The notes under the pieces are model-generated. The model ran no database searches. It was given only the letters and a program-made list of their open reading frames with translations, and was not told the origin of the DNA. The position numbers and the translations under genes were made by a program. This document shows positions 61,205 to 64,000 of a stretch of 64,000 bases of DNA, one piece after another (the stretch's first letter is position 1; each line of letters starts with the position of its first letter). Source of the DNA: an uncultured Candidatus Entotheonella sp. (lineage in GTDB: Bacteria > Tectomicrobia > Entotheonellia > Entotheonellales > Entotheonellaceae); contig OZ244252.1 in the NCBI GenBank assembly GCA_965217185.1, positions 160,001 through 224,000 of the forward strand. The letters run 5' to 3'.

Positions 61205-62260
61205 TCAGTAACTTGGAAGGTTTTGGTTGGCGAGCGCATCATACTTAGCCTGTCGCTGGGCTGTCAAGGACGAAAGCGGGCCTGTGAGGGCCATGATCCG
61301 GGCGGCAAGCTTGTGTGCGTCGTGGCGAATCAGGTGCATGCCGACGTGCATCCCGGAAGCTTGTGGACGGGTGTAGGCGCGCAGGGTTTCGGGATCCGGG
61401 TGCTCGACCAGGTCGGCGGCGATGAGGCAGGCATCGGCCGGTGTCAGGTCGTTGACGACGGGCCGGGCGCCCTGGGGTTTGTAGAGGCGCAAAAGGTTTG
61501 GTGGCAGCGGCGCATTGTTGACGAGAACCGCGTCCACCGGGCGGCCCAGGTAGGGTTGCAGCGTCGTGAGGTGCTGCCGGGCGGTGTATCCGTCGGTCTG
61601 GCCCGGCTGGGTCAGCAGGTTCAGCACGTGGACGATGGGCGTCCGGCTGCGGCTCAGGGCCTGTTTGACGCCGGGATGCAGAAGCACGGAAATGACGCCG
61701 GTGAGCAGGGAACCGGCGCAGATGACCAGCAGGTCGGCGGCGGCGATGGCTTCCGTGATGGCGGAATGCGCGGGGATCGGGGGCTGCAGGAACAACCGTT
61801 TGACGGGCGACAGGGGGCAGCGTTGCATGATTTGCCACTCGCCGACAAGGCGGCGGCCGTCGTCGAGCTCGGCGCCGAGCTGGGTATTGCCGTCGGATAC
61901 CGGCAGCACGCGCTGGACGAAGCCGGCGGCCTGGCGGATTTCGGCTGCCGCCGTGTTCAGGCTGCCGTGCTCGCTGGCCAACGCCGCCAGGATGAGGTTG
62001 CCGACGCTGACGCCGTCCAAGTTGCCCGCCGTGAAGCGGTGTTGCAACAGCCGGCCCCAAAGCGAGTCGTTGTCGGCCAGGGCGCTCAGGCACTGGCGCG
62101 TATCGCCCACTTGCGGGATGTGCAGCAAACGGCGGAGGTGGCCGCTGTGACCGCCGTTGTCGGTCACCCCGACGACGGCCGTGACCTCGCACGAATGCTC
62201 TCGCAGCCCCCGCAGCAGGGTCGCCTGACCGGTGCCGCTGCCCAAGGTGACGATGTGCAT
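61205..62260 (-). CDS. YvcK/CofD-like family protein
   Basis: LGSGTGQATLLRGL, VTDNGGHSG, GNLILAAL, TQPGQTDG, IRHD. Confidence 0.88.
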   Translation of the reverse strand: MHIVTLGSGTGQATLLRGLREHSCEVTAVVGVTDNGGHSGHLRRLLHIPQVGDTRQCLSALADNDSLWGRLLQHRFTAGNLDGVSVGNLILAALASEHGSLNTAAAEIRQAAGFVQRVLPVSDGNTQLGAELDDGRRLVGEWQIMQRCPLSPVKRLFLQPPIPAHSAITEAIAAADLLVICAGSLLTGVISVLLHPGVKQALSRSRTPIVHVLNLLTQPGQTDGYTARQHLTTLQPYLGRPVDAVLVNNAPLPPNLLRLYKPQGARPVVNDLTPADACLIAADLVEHPDPETLRAYTRPQASGMHVGMHLIRHDAHKLAARIMALTGPLSSLTAQRQAKYDALANQNLPSY

Positions 62261-62267
62261 GGAAAGG

Positions 62268-63173
62268 CTACTCCGTGAGGCTCGCCGTTTGCCGCTGCCG
62301 CCACGCCGCAGGGCTGCCGAGGTTCCAGGCGTCGGTGCCGTATTTGGTGTGTCGCAGTTCCTCGGCCAGACGACGCTCGACGGGCGACAGGTCGCCGGCT
62401 ATCAACTCGGCGCCATCGATCAGACATTCGGCGAAACCCTGGCGCAACGCCCGGTGCAGCGCCGCGGCATCGAGCGGCGTGGGGGCCACTTCGTTCACCG
62501 CTACCATGCTGGCATACGCCTCGCGGAGCAGTTGCGCGCGCCGGCCGGCCGGCACGCGCAAACACGCGAACAGGCGCTGCCGGTCCATGGACAGGGGAAT
62601 CGAGCCATGTTGCAACAGGGAACGCCGCCCGCGCTTCTGGGCGCTGCCGACGAGTTTCCTGCCGGTGGCGCTCAACTCGTAGCGGGACATGGCCGCGAAG
62701 CAGGCCGGGGACGCCGACCGGGACGCCGCGGCGAGGACGCTGGGACGTTCAAGGCGTACTGCCAGCCCCGCGTGGCGCAGGGCCGCTGCCAGCGCGAGGC
62801 CGATGCGGCGGTAGTGTTCCGTGATGCTGGCTTCGCGGTCCGCCAGCCGCAGCGGCATGACGACGCTGTATGTCGCTTCCTGATCGTGCAGCACCGCCCG
62901 CCCGCCGGTGGGGCGCCGTACGAGCGTTACCCCGTGCTGCCGGCAGGCCGCCACGTCGACCTCTTTCTCCACGTTCTGGGCGTATCCCAGCGACAGCGTC
63001 GGTGAGAACCAGGTGTACACCCGCAGCGTCGGCGGGCTCTGGCCGGCCTCGTGCGACAGCAGCAGAGCCTCGTCCACCGCCATGTTGAAGGCCGCGTCGT
63101 TGCAGCCGGTATCGAGGAAACGCCATGCCGTGGCCAAGGGCATCTTCCTAGGTAAGGGTTGCCTGGTAATCAT
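62268..63173 (-). CDS. Lipoate--protein ligase / octanoyltransferase (LipM-like); start may be 63143
   Basis: NMAVDEALL, PTLRVYTW, RRPTGGRAVLH, KLVGSAQ, LQHGS. Confidence 0.9.
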   Translation of the reverse strand: MITRQPLPRKMPLATAWRFLDTGCNDAAFNMAVDEALLLSHEAGQSPPTLRVYTWFSPTLSLGYAQNVEKEVDVAACRQHGVTLVRRPTGGRAVLHDQEATYSVVMPLRLADREASITEHYRRIGLALAAALRHAGLAVRLERPSVLAAASRSASPACFAAMSRYELSATGRKLVGSAQKRGRRSLLQHGSIPLSMDRQRLFACLRVPAGRRAQLLREAYASMVAVNEVAPTPLDAAALHRALRQGFAECLIDGAELIAGDLSPVERRLAEELRHTKYGTDAWNLGSPAAWRQRQTASLTE

Positions 63174-63525
63174 CGGCGCTCAGCAGCGCCTGCCAGTCGT
63201 CGGGATTGGACGCTTCGATGACGATCATCCAGCCGTCCCCATACGGTTCGTTGTTGACAAGTTCCGGCTCGTCGTCCAGCCGCGCGTTCACCTCAGCGAC
63301 CGTGCCGCTCACGGGTGCGAACAGATCCGAAACGGCCTTGACCGACTCCACGACCCCGAACGTTTCCCCCGCCGTGACGCTGCGGCCGACCTGCGGCAAC
63401 TCCAAGAACAGCACCTCGCCGAGTTCCTCCTGTGCGAAGTCCGTAATGCCCACCGTTACCCGGTCGTCCTCGCGCCGTGCCCACGTGTGCTCGCTGCTGT
63501 AGCGCAAGTCCTGCGGAAATTCCAT
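63148..63525 (-). CDS. gcvH: Glycine cleavage system H protein
   Basis: HTW, GITDFAQEELG, VESVKAVSD lipoyl-Lys motif, PYGDGW. Confidence 0.96.
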   Translation of the reverse strand: MEFPQDLRYSSEHTWARREDDRVTVGITDFAQEELGEVLFLELPQVGRSVTAGETFGVVESVKAVSDLFAPVSGTVAEVNARLDDEPELVNNEPYGDGWMIVIEASNPDDWQALLSADDYQATLT

Positions 63526-63683
63526 CCGGCCATCTCCTTTTCAGCGTATGCCCTGCATTGTACAAGAATCGTGACGTGCATGGGTACCACCGCGGCGCGG
63601 GCAGCAGGTGGCTTTGCGGGTCGGTATGTTTGCTGTTACAGTCCCACCACTTGCAAACGGTCCCACCCCCTGACAGGTCAAGC

Positions 63684-64000
63684 ATGGATTATCGCCCCGC
63701 GCCCGAACCGCCTGTCGATATCCCGCCACGCTTGGCCACCGCCGTGTTGCTGGCCTCGCTCGCCGGCGTGCTGACCGTCTCGCCCATGTTGTACGAACCC
63801 CTGTGGCCGTTGGCTTGGGTCGGCTTGCTGCCGCTGTTTGTGGCCCTGCGCGGCGTTTCTGCCGGAAGGGCCTTTGTGCTCGGTTGGTGGACGGAAACCC
63901 TGATGTACGGGTTAGGGGTCTATTGGCTTGTCGACACCATGGTCGATTTCGGCGACATTCCGCTGCCGCTCAGCCTTCTGTTTTTCGTCATCGTCGCCAC
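63684..64000 (+). CDS. lnt: Apolipoprotein N-acyltransferase, 5' part (runs off the window)
   Basis: Manual translation: ...LWPLAWVGLLPLFVAL...RAFVLGW...GVYWLVDTMVDFGDIP. Confidence 0.75.
   Translation, partial: MDYRPAPEPPVDIPPRLATAVLLASLAGVLTVSPMLYEPLWPLAWVGLLPLFVALRGVSAGRAFVLGWWTETLMYGLGVYWLVDTMVDFGDIPLPLSLLFFVIVA

Overview
GC-rich bacterial chromosome segment. The backbone is housekeeping: acs, acyl-CoA ligases, miaB, nth, ligA, cysteine synthase, tgt, alr, dnaB-rplI-rpsR-ssb-rpsF-pth-rplY-prs-tRNA-Gln-ispE, aroQ/aroB, pilMNOPQ, hflKC, purQ, purB, serS, gcvH/lipoate ligase and lnt. Two integrase-less accessory islands interrupt it, each bounded by a duplicated piece of a neighbouring gene. 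Island 1 (~6.0-12.9 kb, between miaB and nth) holds a Cas2/VapD-like + PIN gene pair, a degraded second copy of that pair, two IS5-family elements, an IS-split SH3 lipoprotein gene and coiled-coil paralogues. It also holds three same-orientation XerCD dif-like sites. Two of these are visible only after computationally removing the element inserted in them. One is split by an ORF-less group II intron whose putative EBS1 (CUGAUAAC) is complementary to the XerC-arm motif, and the other is split by an IS5. Island 2 (~40.2-48.8 kb, 62-bp direct repeat of the pilM 5' end) encodes a 1832-aa Type ISP-like nuclease-helicase-methyltransferase with an extra C-terminal domain. It is followed by a Cys/His papain-like gene and a PD-(D/E)xK-like gene that two IS630-type MITEs have disrupted. 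The type IV pilus operon is decaying (pilM nonsense codon, MITE in pilQ, PilO-PilP fusion), and several other pseudogenes are present. No CRISPR array or rRNA was seen. All family assignments come from motif recognition by eye, not from database searches.
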